Of a DNA stretch of 64,000 nucleotides, positions 52,158 to 64,000 are shown in pieces. Both the position numbers and the translations under genes were made by a program. Under the pieces are notes generated by a model. It had not been told where the DNA came from and searched no databases. It saw only the letters and a program-made list of their open reading frames with translations. The DNA is from Selaginella moellendorffii (taxonomy: Eukaryota > Plantae > Lycopodiophyta). How positions within the stretch are numbered: the first letter of the stretch is position 1; every line of letters begins with the position of its first letter. Location: positions 311,280-375,279 of the forward strand of contig NW_003314378.1 in the NCBI RefSeq assembly GCF_000143415.4. The letters run 5' to 3'.

Positions 52158-53707
52158 TATAAGTGACTAAGTTTTCCATTTTACTTTAGTCATTTAACCG
52201 CATCTCCGACCACTTGGAGGAGTCTCATTCACAACTTCCATAAGTCCCAGTTAGGACTTGGGGCTTGCTAGCTCCGAGAATGGCATCCATGCCACTCAAC
52301 CTTTGCACTTGGTCCAAGTGCTCCACGTGTCTGATCCCATGACTGACACCCCAAAGCACCACTGACATATCGGCCCGTTACGCTAAGGCCATGCCCATTC
52401 ACCTTGGTCACACTGGTGGTCTAACGCCACTTACATCATAGTCCTATCTCTCAAAGACTGGGCCATCCGTCTGTGAGTGATCATCCCAGATCTACTCCTT
52501 AACATCCTTAGGATGCCCGTAGACATGGGGAATAGCCTTCCCCGACAACTCTTTTCCAGTCCCCACCAAGTCCCTTTCTGTCCATGGCCGTGTTCGCTAA
52601 CACTGCCACTAGATCAAGGCTCACAGGCTCGACCTCTAAGTCCCACTATCCTTTGGGACTTCTTCATCATGTGACCATATCCTTGGTCACTGCACTAGAG
52701 GACTGCTCCTCTTCCCTTTCACCGTTTGGGACTTTGTGACAACATTCCAGAACACCGTGGCCTTATGCAAGCCTCATGGGTACTCTCCCTGCCTTTCGCC
52801 TTTAAGTGCTCTAGCCATGGGCTTAGAGTTAGGTTCCGTTGAGCCACGCCAGGTATCCAAGTAGGTAGTGCCACCCACACTTGGACTGGGAGCATTGGCC
52901 AGTCGATCTCCCGGGGGAACTAGAGCTGGCTCTTGAACACTTCACCAAGTTACCCACTTGTCGGTCTGTGTTCACTTTAGTCTTGGACTTCCCAGTGGGC
53001 AGCTCATCACCCAACACTGGGTATAGCCTTCCTGGGCCAAATTGGCCTTTCCTGGCCCAACTGGCTCCACTGCAGTCCTCCCCCTTACTATACTTTTGGA
53101 GCTCACCAAACCCCCTAGGGTCTGGGAGACAAACACTTTGGGCTTTCACCCTCTTAGACTCGAACTCGGACTCGGACTCGGACTCAGACTCGGACTCAGA
53201 CTCGGACTCAGACTCAGACTCAGACTCGGACTCAGACTCGGACTCGGGCTTGGGCTCGATCTCGGCCTCAGTCTCGGCCTCGGTCTCGGTCTTGGTCCCG
53301 ATCTCGGTCTCGGTCTCGGTCCCAGTCTCGGTCCTGGTCTCAGACTCCATCTCGAACTCCATCTCGGGTCCATCTTGGACTCCATCTCGGACTCCATCTC
53401 GGACTCTATCTCGGGTCCATCTCAGACTCCATCTCGGGTCCATCTCAGATCCCATCTCGGGTCCATCTCGGACTCTTCCACGTGTCATGTTTTGGTCCTC
53501 TTGTGTCTTCTTTTCTAGAGACTCACTCATGGCTCGCCTCGTGCTTGTTCCTCGAGCACTTCGTTGGGAATTCCACTCCCACTCTTGACCTTTTCAAGTC
53601 GAAGCTTTTAGTCTAAATGTGTTACGATCGTTTGGCTTTCACTTTGGCCACTACCACGTGGCACCCTTTCGGCTCCACTTTGGGGCCTATGGATTTCGTG
53701 TCTCACA
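52158..53707. mobile_element. Solo LTR A (1550 bp), TSD AATAC
   Basis: aatac|TA(TG)taag...gtctcaCA|aatac. Colinear with LTR B. Confidence 0.9.
53155..53476. repeat. Hexamer (GACTCR/GTCTCG) and 11-12-mer (GGACTCCATCTC/GGGTCCATCTC) minisatellite inside LTR A
   Basis: Seen directly in the sequence. Confidence 0.95.
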
Positions 53708-53712
53708 AATAC

Positions 53713-54600
53713 CAAGAGTGTGGAGCACATTGTGGCTTCTCAGCCTACTGTAAGTGGTAAGTATGGAGCTCTTGAAGGATTTTCTCTTGCATTTGCTATT
53801 GTTATTAGATGATCTCCTTGTACCCTACAAGCTCTATCAAAGCCTTCTTAATCACTGTAGGAAATTTGTCATCAGCAAGAGCAGGAGCAGTAGTTATATG
53901 AGAGATAGCTGCATATGAAGCTCCCTCAACCTTGGAGATACTAAGCTCCTAGAGAAGATCACACTCTAAAGTCTCAGCAGTTGCAAAAGTCTCATGACAT
54001 ATCCAAAATTACCTCTTGAGCATCTTGTGTTAGAAATTCCTCTTGAGTCTAGAGATGAATGCCGTGATACTATGAGGCTCATTGGTGATCACCTGCTGCT
54101 CCACACACTCTTTCTATAGGCACTAAAATGCATCATATACTTTAGCACTGACTCACTAGCTCTTTGTTGAAAGGCAAACAAGTCCATAAATAAACAATTT
54201 GCCGGCCACTGCTAATCAAAATGTGATTTGAATAAGGTCTTGAATGTGGTGTAGTCCACCATATCTGCCTCCAAAAAGAGTCTCTGCCCATGCTGTTGCT
54301 CAGTTAGTAAGCGATTGAGAGAGGTCTCGAAGCTTATGATCATCATCACCAATGTCATTTGATGCATAATATTGCTCAAACTGAAGAATGTGTATCTTGG
54401 CCAAGATGTCCCCATTGCCTAATAAGTAAGGCAAGTCCATCCCATGTTGCACAATATGAATTACAGGAGGAACTACTATAATAATGGATGCTCAAACTTG
54501 CTATTTGCCAAAGACTCTGAATCCTCCTCAGTTGAGAGAGCCATTTGATAATATAGCTCATAATAGATATGTGAATAATGATTGTTAAACCTAAGGAATA
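53713..54600 (-). mobile_element. Degenerate retrotransposon gag-like remnant (probable host of LTR A)
   Basis: ..DMVDYTTFKTLFKSHF..FLCLSTKS*VSAKVYDAF resembles Retrotrans_gag. Same strand as the protease remnant on the other side of LTR A. Confidence 0.4.
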
Positions 54601-55837
54601 TTGCTAATAATATGCAAGCATCAAATATGTATGGATCTACTATAAACGGGCATAAAATAATGCAGTCACTACATGTAACAAATGCTCCTAAAGAGTGAAA
54701 ACTTCTTGGCTTTTGGAATGCTCTAAATCTAATGCAAAGATCTCATAGCAAAAAAAAAATGGCTAGAGAATTTAAGGAGAACCCTAAAAATTAGCACTCA
54801 CCAACATTCAGAAGTTTGCAAAGACAAAAACTGTGAATATCTCAATCTCTAGAGTGCCAAAAAGCATGAGCAATAGTGCATCAGAAAACCCTTGATGCCA
54901 TCTACATAGCCATAAAAAGAAAAATTGGCCAAAATTGCCCAAAATTGAGCGAAAACAACTGAAACCACCCCTTGTACTCAAAATAAATGAACAAGTGGGA
55001 AATTGTTTCAAACTTTTTATATTGCCATTAAATGTTTTATGCAAGTACACAATAAAAAGATCTGGTGAGGATTTATCCAAAACACTCAAGAAAGATGAAA
55101 GTGATGTTGAAACTAGAAAGAATAATCCCTTTAAAATCACAACTGTGTAATATGTAATAAAAATAGCACCAAAACTCATGATTCTTTGCAAATTCCCTTG
55201 CAAGAAAGGACTTTAATGAAAGCTAAAAAGCAAAGGGAAAAACTCAAGAAAGAAATTTCACAAAACACTCAGGAAATCTTATTGTTAGAGTTTTAGAACT
55301 CAACTGTAAAAAGAGAAGAAAAAAAGGAGCAAGAGAAAATGAAAAATCTCCCCACTTTTTAAACTCCACTCATCAAGAAAGCACTTTTTGGAATCCTCAT
55401 GACCAGATCTAAATGCCCACTCATGCAATTCTCCAAATCCATGCTAAAATTTCAAGTTTAAACCTCTAAAACTAAACTGTGAAGACAAGGGTAAATTGTG
55501 AAAGAAAAATGCTTGCATGCAATTTAATTCTCCACCAAATCAAGTGTTCTTTAACTCTCTAGAAAGAGGAGGAGAAGTTTCTTTGACTCAAATAAGGCAC
55601 AACCAAAGTGAATGCTTCTATCATTAGAAATCTCTTCAAAATCGAGTGAAATAAAGTGAAGTGGAAAAACAACACCAAGAACTCTAGATCTATGAGTCTG
55701 TGTTTTAAATTCGTGTAAGGGGAGCTTTTATTAGTGCTAGAGATCCCCCAAACATGAATCTAGCCACTAAAACTCCAAAATCTCTCTATCCATCTAGAAA
55801 ATTCTCTTATTCTCCAACGAAAGCTAAACTAACTTGT

Positions 55838-56963
55838 TGTCGCGAATGTGACTTTAGGTATCGAAAGTTACCTGTCGGCTAGTCCTTACGGACACTTTTA
55901 CCTTACTGCCACGATGGCAGGAGGTCGATATTGCTGGGCCCGTTATTAGTTTCCGCCTAAGCTAGTTGAGAAACTGGTCATCACATGTGCACTTAGACCG
56001 GAAGGGCACTAAGGAAGGAAATCCTACATTGCCATTTGTCAAGCAGACTTGACACGGTGATGAGAAACTCATGATGTTGGCTTGCACTTGCTAGTGTTGG
56101 GAACCCCCGCAATATTGAGATTGGTCCCTCAATATTGCTAAATGATAGCTTACCGTGTCTGCNNNNNNNNNNNNNNNNNNNNNNNNNNNNNNNNNNNNNN
56201 NNNNNNNNNNNNNNNNNNNNNNNNNNNNNNNNNNNNNNNNNNNNNNNNNNNNNNNNNNNNNNNNNNNNNNNNNNNNNNNNNNNNNNNNNNNNNNNNNNNN
56301 NNNNNNNNNNNNNNNNNNNNNNNNNNNNNNNNNNNNNNNNNNNNNNNNNNNNNNNNNNNNNNNNNNNNNNNNNNNNNNNNNNNNNNNNNNNNNNNNNNNN
56401 NNNNNNNNNNNNNNNNNNNNNNNNNNNGGGTTCCCAATGTATAGTAGGGATAGTGGGTAGGTCGGGCATGGCCGACCAACCTGAGGCATAGTCTAGCTCC
56501 CGCTTGCGTGCCTGTCCTTGTTCTGCGTCCGGCTTGGGTCTAAGCCCAAGTTCCATTCCATGCTAGTTGGTGGAATACCCATGTCCTCGCGTTAGGCCAC
56601 CGGTATGCCGAAATAGCGCCAGACTCCGTTTGGCTCTGTTTTGCGTGCTGGTCTTGGCATTGGGATGCTGGTTGCTCCAGGACTGTTCCAAGTCACTCCG
56701 GGCCCCTGTCCCTTCACTCCTTGGGCTGTATGCTCGGGAGTTGCTCCGTGGACCGGTTCCGTCACTCCTTGGCTCCATGCTTGGGAGTTTGGCACCATTC
56801 CTTCGTTCAGTGGCTCAAGGCCCTGAACCTCGGGTTCCTATGGACACGTGGCATGTGACACGTGGCATCTGTCACGTGGCACAAAGAGGGTTAGGTTCCG
56901 CTTTGTGGTGTTATCTTATGGTAAATCACCATAGGATAAAGGGTCAAAACCACATGCGCTACA
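55838..56963. mobile_element. Solo LTR C (different family; contains a 265-N gap), TSD CTTGT
   Basis: cttgt|TGTCGCG...GCGCTACA|cttgt with short imperfect terminal inverted repeats. Confidence 0.8.
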
Positions 56964-57199
56964 CTTGTCACACTAAGTTCACCATTTGTTAGGAGCTGAG
57001 GGCTTTTTCCTAACATCTCTAATTCTAGCTCTGAAAGCCTCCATAAGCTCTTTCTAATTACTCTAAATACCCTCTTTGCCTTTGCTCTCTTGCACACAAA
57101 GATAGGGGAACATTTTAGGAATCAAAATATTCCTAATGCTCTAAACTATGCTCTCCATCTTAACAAAGTCACACTTGCTCTCTTTAATGTACTTCAAAT

Positions 57200-57365
57200 T
57201 TGGTCTCAAACTCGATCTCATACTCAATTCTCAGACTCGACCTCGGATTTAACCTTGGATTCAGTCTCAAACTTGATCTTGGACTTGAATCTCAAACTTG
57301 GTTTTGAACTCGGTCTCGAACCCAATCTCAAATCTCAGACTCAGTTTCAAACTTAGTCTCAATCT
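57200..57365. repeat. Highly decayed hexamer array related to the LTR A/B satellite
   Basis: Units such as tcagac, tcgatc, tcaaac, ttggac and tcggtc. Confidence 0.55.
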
Positions 57366-57726
57366 TATCTAATGAGCTTTTTATTGTTCTAGTTTTGATT
57401 TTGGAATCTTTTCGCCTACAACAACCTAGGGGAGTTGATTCCAAACAATAATATGTATATTGTGGGAGTATAATTATTTAACACTTGGTACATTTGTAGA
57501 AATAAAAATTGAAAAGCTAGGGTAGTGCGAGCTACTCCTTTAAAGGAAACAGGTGGTTTTATCACTGATCATTGTTGCTTTGTCATTTTGGAACATCATT
57601 TCATTAGTTTTTGTTCCTTCAAATACTAATTAAATTAGTGCCTTAATAGTTTTAGAACCAATTGAGAAAAAAAAAACTAGTAGATAGATTGTCCATGAAA
57701 ATGCATGATTTGATATTTGAAGTAGA

Positions 57727-59966
57727 TGTAAGCGACTAAATTTTCAATTCTACTTTAGTCACTTAACTACACCTTCGACCACTTGGAGGAGTCTCACTCA
57801 CAACCTCTATAAGTCCTATTTTGAAATTACGGACTTGCTAGCCCCAAGAATGGCATCCAAGCCACTCAACCATTGCACTTGGTCCAAGTGCTCCACGTGT
57901 TTGATCCCATGACCGACACCCCAAAGTACCACCGACATATCAGCCTGTTACGCTAAGGCCATGCCCATTTACATTGGTTACACCAGTGGTCTAACACCAC
58001 CTACATCACAGTCCCGTCTCTCAAAGACTGAGCCATCCATCCATGAGTGATCATCCCAGATCCACTCCTTAGCATCCTTAGGATGCCCGCAGACAAGAGG
58101 AATAGCCTTCCTTGACAACTCTTTTCCAGTCCCCACCAAATCTCTTTTTGTCTATGGCCATGTTTGCCAATACTGCCACTGGATTAAGGCCCGCAAGCCC
58201 AACCACCAAGTCCCATTGTCCACTAGGACTTCCTCACGGTGTGACCGTATCCTTGGTCGCCACTCTAGAGGACTACTCCTCTTCCTTTCCACAGTCTACA
58301 ATTTTGGGACAATATTTCAGAACACCATGGCCCTATGTGACCTGGGTACTCTCCTCGCCTTCCACCTTTGGGTGCTCTAGCCATGGGCTTAGAGCGAGGT
58401 TCCGTTGAGCCATGCCAGGTATCCAAGTAGGTAGTGCCACCCACATTTGGACTGGGAGCATTGACCATTCGATCTCCCGGGGGAACTAGAGCCGGCTCTT
58501 GAACACTTCACCAAGCTACCCCACTTGTCAGTCCATATTGACTTTAGCCTTGGACTTCCCAGGTGGTCATCCCATCAACCAACAGATGGGTANNNNNNNN
58601 NNNNNNNNNNNNNNNNNNNNNNNNNNNNNNNNNNNNNNNNNNNNNNNNNNNNNNNNNNNNNNNNNNNNNNNNNNNNNNNNNNNNNNNNNNNNGATCCAAC
58701 CCCCACACTCTCCCTACCCCTGCAGCCCCCCCCCCCCACCCTCTGGGGGATGATTGCTTTGGGCTTTCACCCAATAGCCTATATTAGTATTCAGACTCAA
58801 ACTCGGACTCGAAATCGGACTCGGACTCGGAATCGGACTCAGACTCGGACTTGGACTCGGTCTCGGTCTCAGTCTCGGTCTCGGACTCGGACTTGGTCTT
58901 GGTCTCGGTCCCAATTCCATCTCAGACTCCATCTCAAGTCCATCTCAAGTCCATCTCAAACTCCATCTTGGACTCCATCTTGGGTCCATCTCGGACTCCA
59001 TCTCAGGTCCATCTCGGATCCATCTCGGACTCCATCTCGGACTCCATCTCAGACTCTATCTCGGGTCTCCATCTCGGACTCCATCTCGGGTCCATCTCAG
59101 ATCCATCTCGGACTCCATCTCGGACTCCATCTCAGGTCCATCTCGGACTCCATCTCGGGTCCATCTCAAGTCCATCTTAGACTCCATCTTGGACTCCATC
59201 TCAGACTCCATCTCGGGTCCATCTCGGACTCCATCTCAAGTCCATCTCTGATCCATCTCAGACTCCATCTTGGACTCCATCTCGGGTCCATCTCAGGTCC
59301 ATCTCGGACTCCATCTCGGGTCCATCTCGGATCCATCTCGGACTCCATCTCAGGTCTATCTCTGATCCATCTCAGACTCCATCTCGGACTCCATCTCGGG
59401 TCCATCTCAGGTCCATCTCGGACTCCATCTGGGACTCCATCTCGGGTCCATCTCGGATCCATCTCGGACTCCATCTCGGGTCCATCTCGGACTCCATCTT
59501 GGACTCCATCTCGGGTCCATCTCAAACTCCATCTCAAGTCCATCTCAAACTCCATCTCGGACTCCATCTTGGGTCTATCTCAAGTCCATCTCGGACTCCA
59601 TCTCAGGTCCATCTCTGGTCCATCTCAAACTCCATCTCGGACTCCATCTCGAGTCTATCTCAGGTCCATCTCAGACTCTATCTCGGACTCCATCTCAGGT
59701 CCATCTCGGGTCCATCTCGGACTCCATCTTGAACTCTATCTCGGGTCTATCTCGGGTCCTCTTGTGTCCCCTTTTTTAGAGACTCACTCATGGCTCGCTT
59801 CGTGCTTGTTCCTTGAGCCCTTCATTGGAGTTCCACTCCCCTTCTCGACTTTTCAAGTTAAAGCTTTTAGTCCAAACGAGTTATGCTCATTTAGCTTTCA
59901 CTTTGGCCACTACCACGTGGCACCCTTTCGGCTCCACTTTGGGGCCTAGGGATTTTATGTCTCACA
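57727..59966. mobile_element. Solo LTR B (same family as A; contains a 100-N gap), TSD GTAGA
   Basis: gtaga|TGtaag...gtctcaCA|gtaga. Confidence 0.92.
58790..59760. repeat. Expanded hexamer plus 11-12-mer minisatellite inside LTR B (~970 bp)
   Basis: Dozens of ggactccatctc/gggtccatctc units. Confidence 0.97.
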
Positions 59967-60044
59967 GTAGAGTGTAAACAACTAAAGAAAACAACTTGAA
60001 AGCCAATTCATAGAGTTTAAATATAAAGGGAAAAAGCCTATATA

Positions 60045-60636
60045 TCAGAGTGCACGGGAAAGTATGGCTCTGATAGCGTAGTCGGATGCATCAACTTGAA
60101 CTATAAATTCATGTTTCCAATTCGGTCGAGCGAGTATGGGTGCTCGAACTAAATGATTTTTCAGCGTCTGAAATGCTGTGTCACACTCAGAAGTCCACTT
60201 GAATGGATTTTGCTTCTTCAACAAGTCAGTTATCGGCCTGCTGATCCGAGCATAATCTCGGATGAATCGTCGGTGATATCCCATCTTTCCTAGAAATTTT
60301 TGGACACCTGAGACTTCTGTTGGCAGTTTCATATTGAGAATGATTTCTGTCTTTGCCTTGTCTATCAGTATTCCTTGTTTGCAGACTACATGTCTGAGTA
60401 GAACTCTTGATTTGACGAAAAAGGTGCATTTCTCTGGATTCAGAGCGATGTTGTTTTCCTTGCATTTGTTGAAGAAGTTTTGAAGGCATTCCAAGTGCCT
60501 TGCTTGATTTTTAAAGACGCTAAAGTCATCCATGAAGACTTGCATGAAGTTGGTCAGGTATTCCTAAAAAGTCTCAGTTATGATTCTATGGAAGGTGAAC
60601 GGGGCGTTTGTTAGGCCGAATGGCATGCATAAATAA
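60045..60636 (-). mobile_element. Ty3/Gypsy RT-RNase H fragment
   Basis: MPFGLTNAP.TF, FMDDF, LNPEKC.F, FLG..GYHRRFI, L..APIL..P and VDASDYAI.AILS. Confidence 0.92.
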
Positions 60637-62049
60637 GCTCATTGGTATGCAGGATCAAACAGGTTAGTCAATGGAAGATATACAAATAATCTTCCACTGT
60701 GATGTAGCCGAGGTGCGAGGATGAAGGTTTCCATTGCTTCATCGTCGTGGAAGCGGAGAAAATAAAAACGGGAACCACAAGATGCCGCTATCGCTACTAG
60801 CCCAGTGCGAATGATCAAATCTTCCACATCGTCATTGTTTCCGAAGCTTGTTGGACCACGGACGATGAGCGATGTTGCGAAGGTACGAACCTGAACTAGA
60901 AGTCATTCCACCCGAGACGGACCTGCTTGATCAGGCTGGGGTGGGGCAGGGTCGTTAGGCTCCTCATTACCCGCATCATGCTCCCTGGGGGTACAACTGC
61001 CCCAGAGCTAATAACCTCAAGAAGAATGCAGAACAAATATAGACGCAGCCCCATGCCGAATGTAGTGCAAGTATTCCATATGCAAGATTCAACCACGATA
61101 TATACAAGGCCGAGCAGTAATTGATGTCAGGAAATTATGCATTAATTACTAAAGTGTTAAAAAATGCAAGATTAAAACGTACCGTTTTCAGCGTCAAAGA
61201 AAAAATGCTCAAAAATTCAGACAAATGTCAATAAGCTTCATGCAGCAAATCCGATGCAGCCAAGCAACTTACCTGGGGCTATGGCGGAGAGTTGTGATGA
61301 CAGGGGAGATGTTCAGGACGAGGAACCTAAGACCGCTCCATCCCAGGACCTAATCGGAAACAGACCCATCTGATGAAACCACTTCCACTGAGAGGATCAT
61401 ACTTACAACGTCAAGCTTTGGCCTTGGTCCAGCCGTGGACGTTTGGATGGTTCGGAAGTGTGTCGGTCCTCTTTGAGATGTAGGTCCTCTTTGAGATGTA
61501 CTCTGGTTGGCGGGCTAACTTTGGGGCTGAAACAAAGAAAACCAATGTGGTCTCCCTGTTTAATCTTGAGGTCTTTGTGAAGATTATTCATGACTTCTAT
61601 CTTGATAGGTGCTGTGGTTGAAAAGTGCGTGATCAATGGAGGCGTTGGAGCTCCTTTACGTCCGAAGATGAAGCACAAAAAATTCATCAAATGCGAACTC
61701 GGACAGTACGGCCAGTGCTGATTTAAATTTCGTTGCTTGAGAAAAGTTCCCAGCAGTTGCGGATCATTGCTATTCAAGTCTGTGCCTGGAACCAGAGATA
61801 CCTTTGCTCCCGGGCTATGTACTCTTCATCTGCGTACGGAATGTAATGGTTGAGCAACTGCGACATGGATCAAGGAATAACAGAGGCCTATTGCAGATCT
61901 ATGAAGCTGGTGCCTTGCGCCTTGCGCCTTAGGGTTCATCCCTCCCCTCCGTGTAAAAATTCTTACCTCTAAAACTAAAGCTAAATTAAATACTAATCCA
62001 AAAAAAGCCCCTCCGTCAAATATACAAAACTTAATTATTATATTTGGCC

Positions 62050-62372
62050 CTAATGTTGCTTGAGTTGGTTTGTATACCTTGTGCTCACAGCTATATTATG
62101 AAGAAAATAGTGTATTCAAACTTATGAAGAAAATAGTGTATTCAAACTTATGTTCATAAATGCTATATGCTGGACTCTTTTTGCAAGGCATATGCTGGAG
62201 TGATTTATCCCGTAGACGTTCAACAACTCAAAAAAAATGACATGCTACCTTCAAAGACTCCACGACCTCCAGGACTACCCAAGAAAAAGCGGATTCGTTC
62301 GGAAGATGAAGGAGTGAGTTTTATTGTGGTCGTTGTGGGCAATGTGGTCATAGTCGTCGTACGTGCACTGTT
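62050..62372 (+). mobile_element. Mutator/MULE transposase C-terminal remnant
   Basis: IPCAH (end of SWIM), AY.GVIYP, RPPGLPKKKR and a frameshifted CGRCGQCGHSRRTC knuckle. A 26-bp tandem duplication lies at ~62096-62151. Confidence 0.75.
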
Positions 62373-62645
62373 TGATTATTATTATAATTATGTACGTCGG
62401 ACAAATACAATTATATATGAACAGATTAATAATGTAGGGAGCACGACCAAGAAAAATAATTTTAAATTTCCTAACATAATATAAATTACATCGATCGCAG
62501 ATAAAGCTTCCGACTATTGACAAACAATAGATTGATTGTCGAACGCGTTTCAGAAACTACCCGAACGGTGTACGGACTGCTGACCAAGGACCTCGCGGGG
62601 ACACAACGTGAGACTTAGTCTAAAGCTGAGAGCACTGTCAATGAA

Positions 62646-63795
62646 ATGGATGCTCATCTGGGCCTGGTGACCAATGCGATTTCTGCGGTGCAAGCGATTC
62701 TCAAGGCGAGGGAGGAAATACAGGCTGCGCCAATCAAAATTGTGGACTTAGTAGAGCAGGTGCAGAATGCGGGTAGGCTACTTTCGAGGGTTCAAGGGCT
62801 TCTAGAGCAGGTGTCTGATCCTCAGACACTAGAATCACTGCTTCCTCCTCTGCAGCAACTTGGGCAGGAGCTGAACATTGCCAAGATTAAAGTGGAAGAG
62901 TACAAGTTCAAGGCTACTGGATCGACATCTGTAGTATCTGGAATCAAGACGGTGCTCGGCTATGGTGTTGCAACGCGCAACCGCAAAGTCGAAGACATCT
63001 CCAAGCGCATCCAAAATGCCTTGGTGCAGCTAGACCAAGCGTTGGGTGCGGAGGTCTTTGGGAAGTTCTTTGTCACACCTGCTTCTGCTGCTGCTGCTGC
63101 TGGTGACTCTACTCCCGAGTTAATTTCACAGCTGGACAAACTCAGCATAGAGTCGCTAGACTCTGAAGAGTTCAGTGTATCAGTGGAGATTGGGGGGATT
63201 GAGGGGAGTGAGTTCCATCCGCCCGAACCTGGATTGGAGGTGAAGGTTCAAGGAGACGAGGAAAATCGAGTTGCACGAGATGGCGGATATGAGCTGCAGA
63301 GTTCTAGCAAGCTAAGGTTTGAAATCGCTGTAGAAGATGATGGGTTCTTTTACATCATCACGTATGATCCCGAAGAAGGTGCACCTCTGCTTTACTATCC
63401 GAAGGTCTCATCAGCCAACAACAGCCTTCGATGGTATGCTTTGAGACTGTGTGTCTTGTCTATGTAATTTGGGTGTTGTGCTGTGCAGCAAGTTCAATCG
63501 CGTCTTCCCAGACAGTAGCAGGCATAAGCATGATCCAAAAAGCTTTCGAGTTGAAAAGAGTGGCCTGAAACGTGTAGGACAGCAAGCCGTTTACTTCGTC
63601 CTCTCTCAAACCAAGTTGCACCAAGGTAAGATTGTTTATCTCGAAGCAAATTCAAACTATTGTTTAGTATGATGACATTTGGTTCCAGATACACCTTCTA
63701 GAAAGCTCGAAATTGAAGAGGTCCAACAAGAGCTACAAGACGACTCCCACCAGATTTATGTTCGGAAGTTTGACTTCGACATCCTTGGTTCGTGA
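62646..63795 (+). CDS. Uncharacterised 343-aa protein: N-terminal helical-bundle (HeLo-like/MLKL/RPW8-like) domain plus DUF4384-like beta domain; exons 62646-63433, 63489-63625, 63689-63795
   Basis: Two canonical GT-AG introns (55 and 63 nt) join three exons into one stop-free 1032-nt frame. Domain calls are by pattern resemblance only. Confidence 0.8.
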
Positions 63796-64000
63796 AGCCA
63801 TCTTCTCAAATTAGGCGACACAAAGTAGATTACATCCATATGGCTATGGAACAAAAGCAAGTAGAGCGTGAGATACAAAGCCGCATTAGTACAGGTATGA
63901 CGCTGTTCTCAACCGATGTCCAAGCCTCAGCACGCGAGCTTCAGTTGGGCATTAGTTTGGCAGATGAGAAGCTTGACCAAGGCAGCCACATGTGGAGCAC

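Noticed and set aside
52829-53588. Long ORFs with (ES)n/(DS)n/(LG)n repeats, and the 474-aa ORF at 58525-59949
   Set aside because: They are translations of the LTR minisatellite, open in several frames on both strands.
55993-56556. ORFs spanning N runs (also 42564-42970 and 58499-58787)
   Set aside because: Artefacts of assembly gaps.
58790-59760. CRISPR-like array
   Set aside because: Contiguous tandem units with no unique spacers, in a eukaryotic LTR context.
52158-59966. A single full-length LTR retrotransposon bounded by LTR A and LTR B
   Set aside because: The outer flanks (AATAC vs GTAGA) do not match, and each LTR has its own TSD.

Overview
Eukaryotic land-plant nuclear DNA. Very short (about 50-70 nt) introns, 100-500 bp intergenic spacers, high GC3 and an intact flavodiiron gene (a family absent from angiosperms) point to a lycophyte such as Selaginella moellendorffii; this is inference. 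The window has four parts. (1) 1-12.6 kb is a rearranged pseudogene mosaic: a ~2 kb arm that is an inverted, internally deleted copy of 7.8-11.8 kb, a 3'-truncated Copia element fused to a truncated germin duplicate, and fragments of PP2C, LRR, GT37 fucosyltransferase, Copia and PPR sequences. (2) 12.6-39.7 kb is a dense block of apparently intact genes: germin-like, PSAT, FLVB, RPP1, EF-hand protein, BAHD acyltransferase, LysM protein, SNF2-RING helicase, STK16-like kinase, ABCE/RLI, SDR, CONSTANS-like and ANGUSTIFOLIA. (3) 39.8-49.6 kb holds a PIG-T/GPI16 gene split by an assembly gap, two inverted decayed PIG-T copies, ANGUSTIFOLIA exon-1 fragments, a triplicated conserved ~200-300 bp module, and an AT-rich direct/inverted repeat tract. 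(4) 49.6-64 kb is a retroelement nest with three solo LTRs, each with its own 5-bp TSD, plus Gypsy and MULE remnants. It ends in an intact 3-exon gene for a 343-aa protein that looks like a HeLo-like/MLKL-type helical domain fused to a DUF4384-like domain, which is the best novelty candidate. All assignments come from motif recognition by eye; no searches were run.
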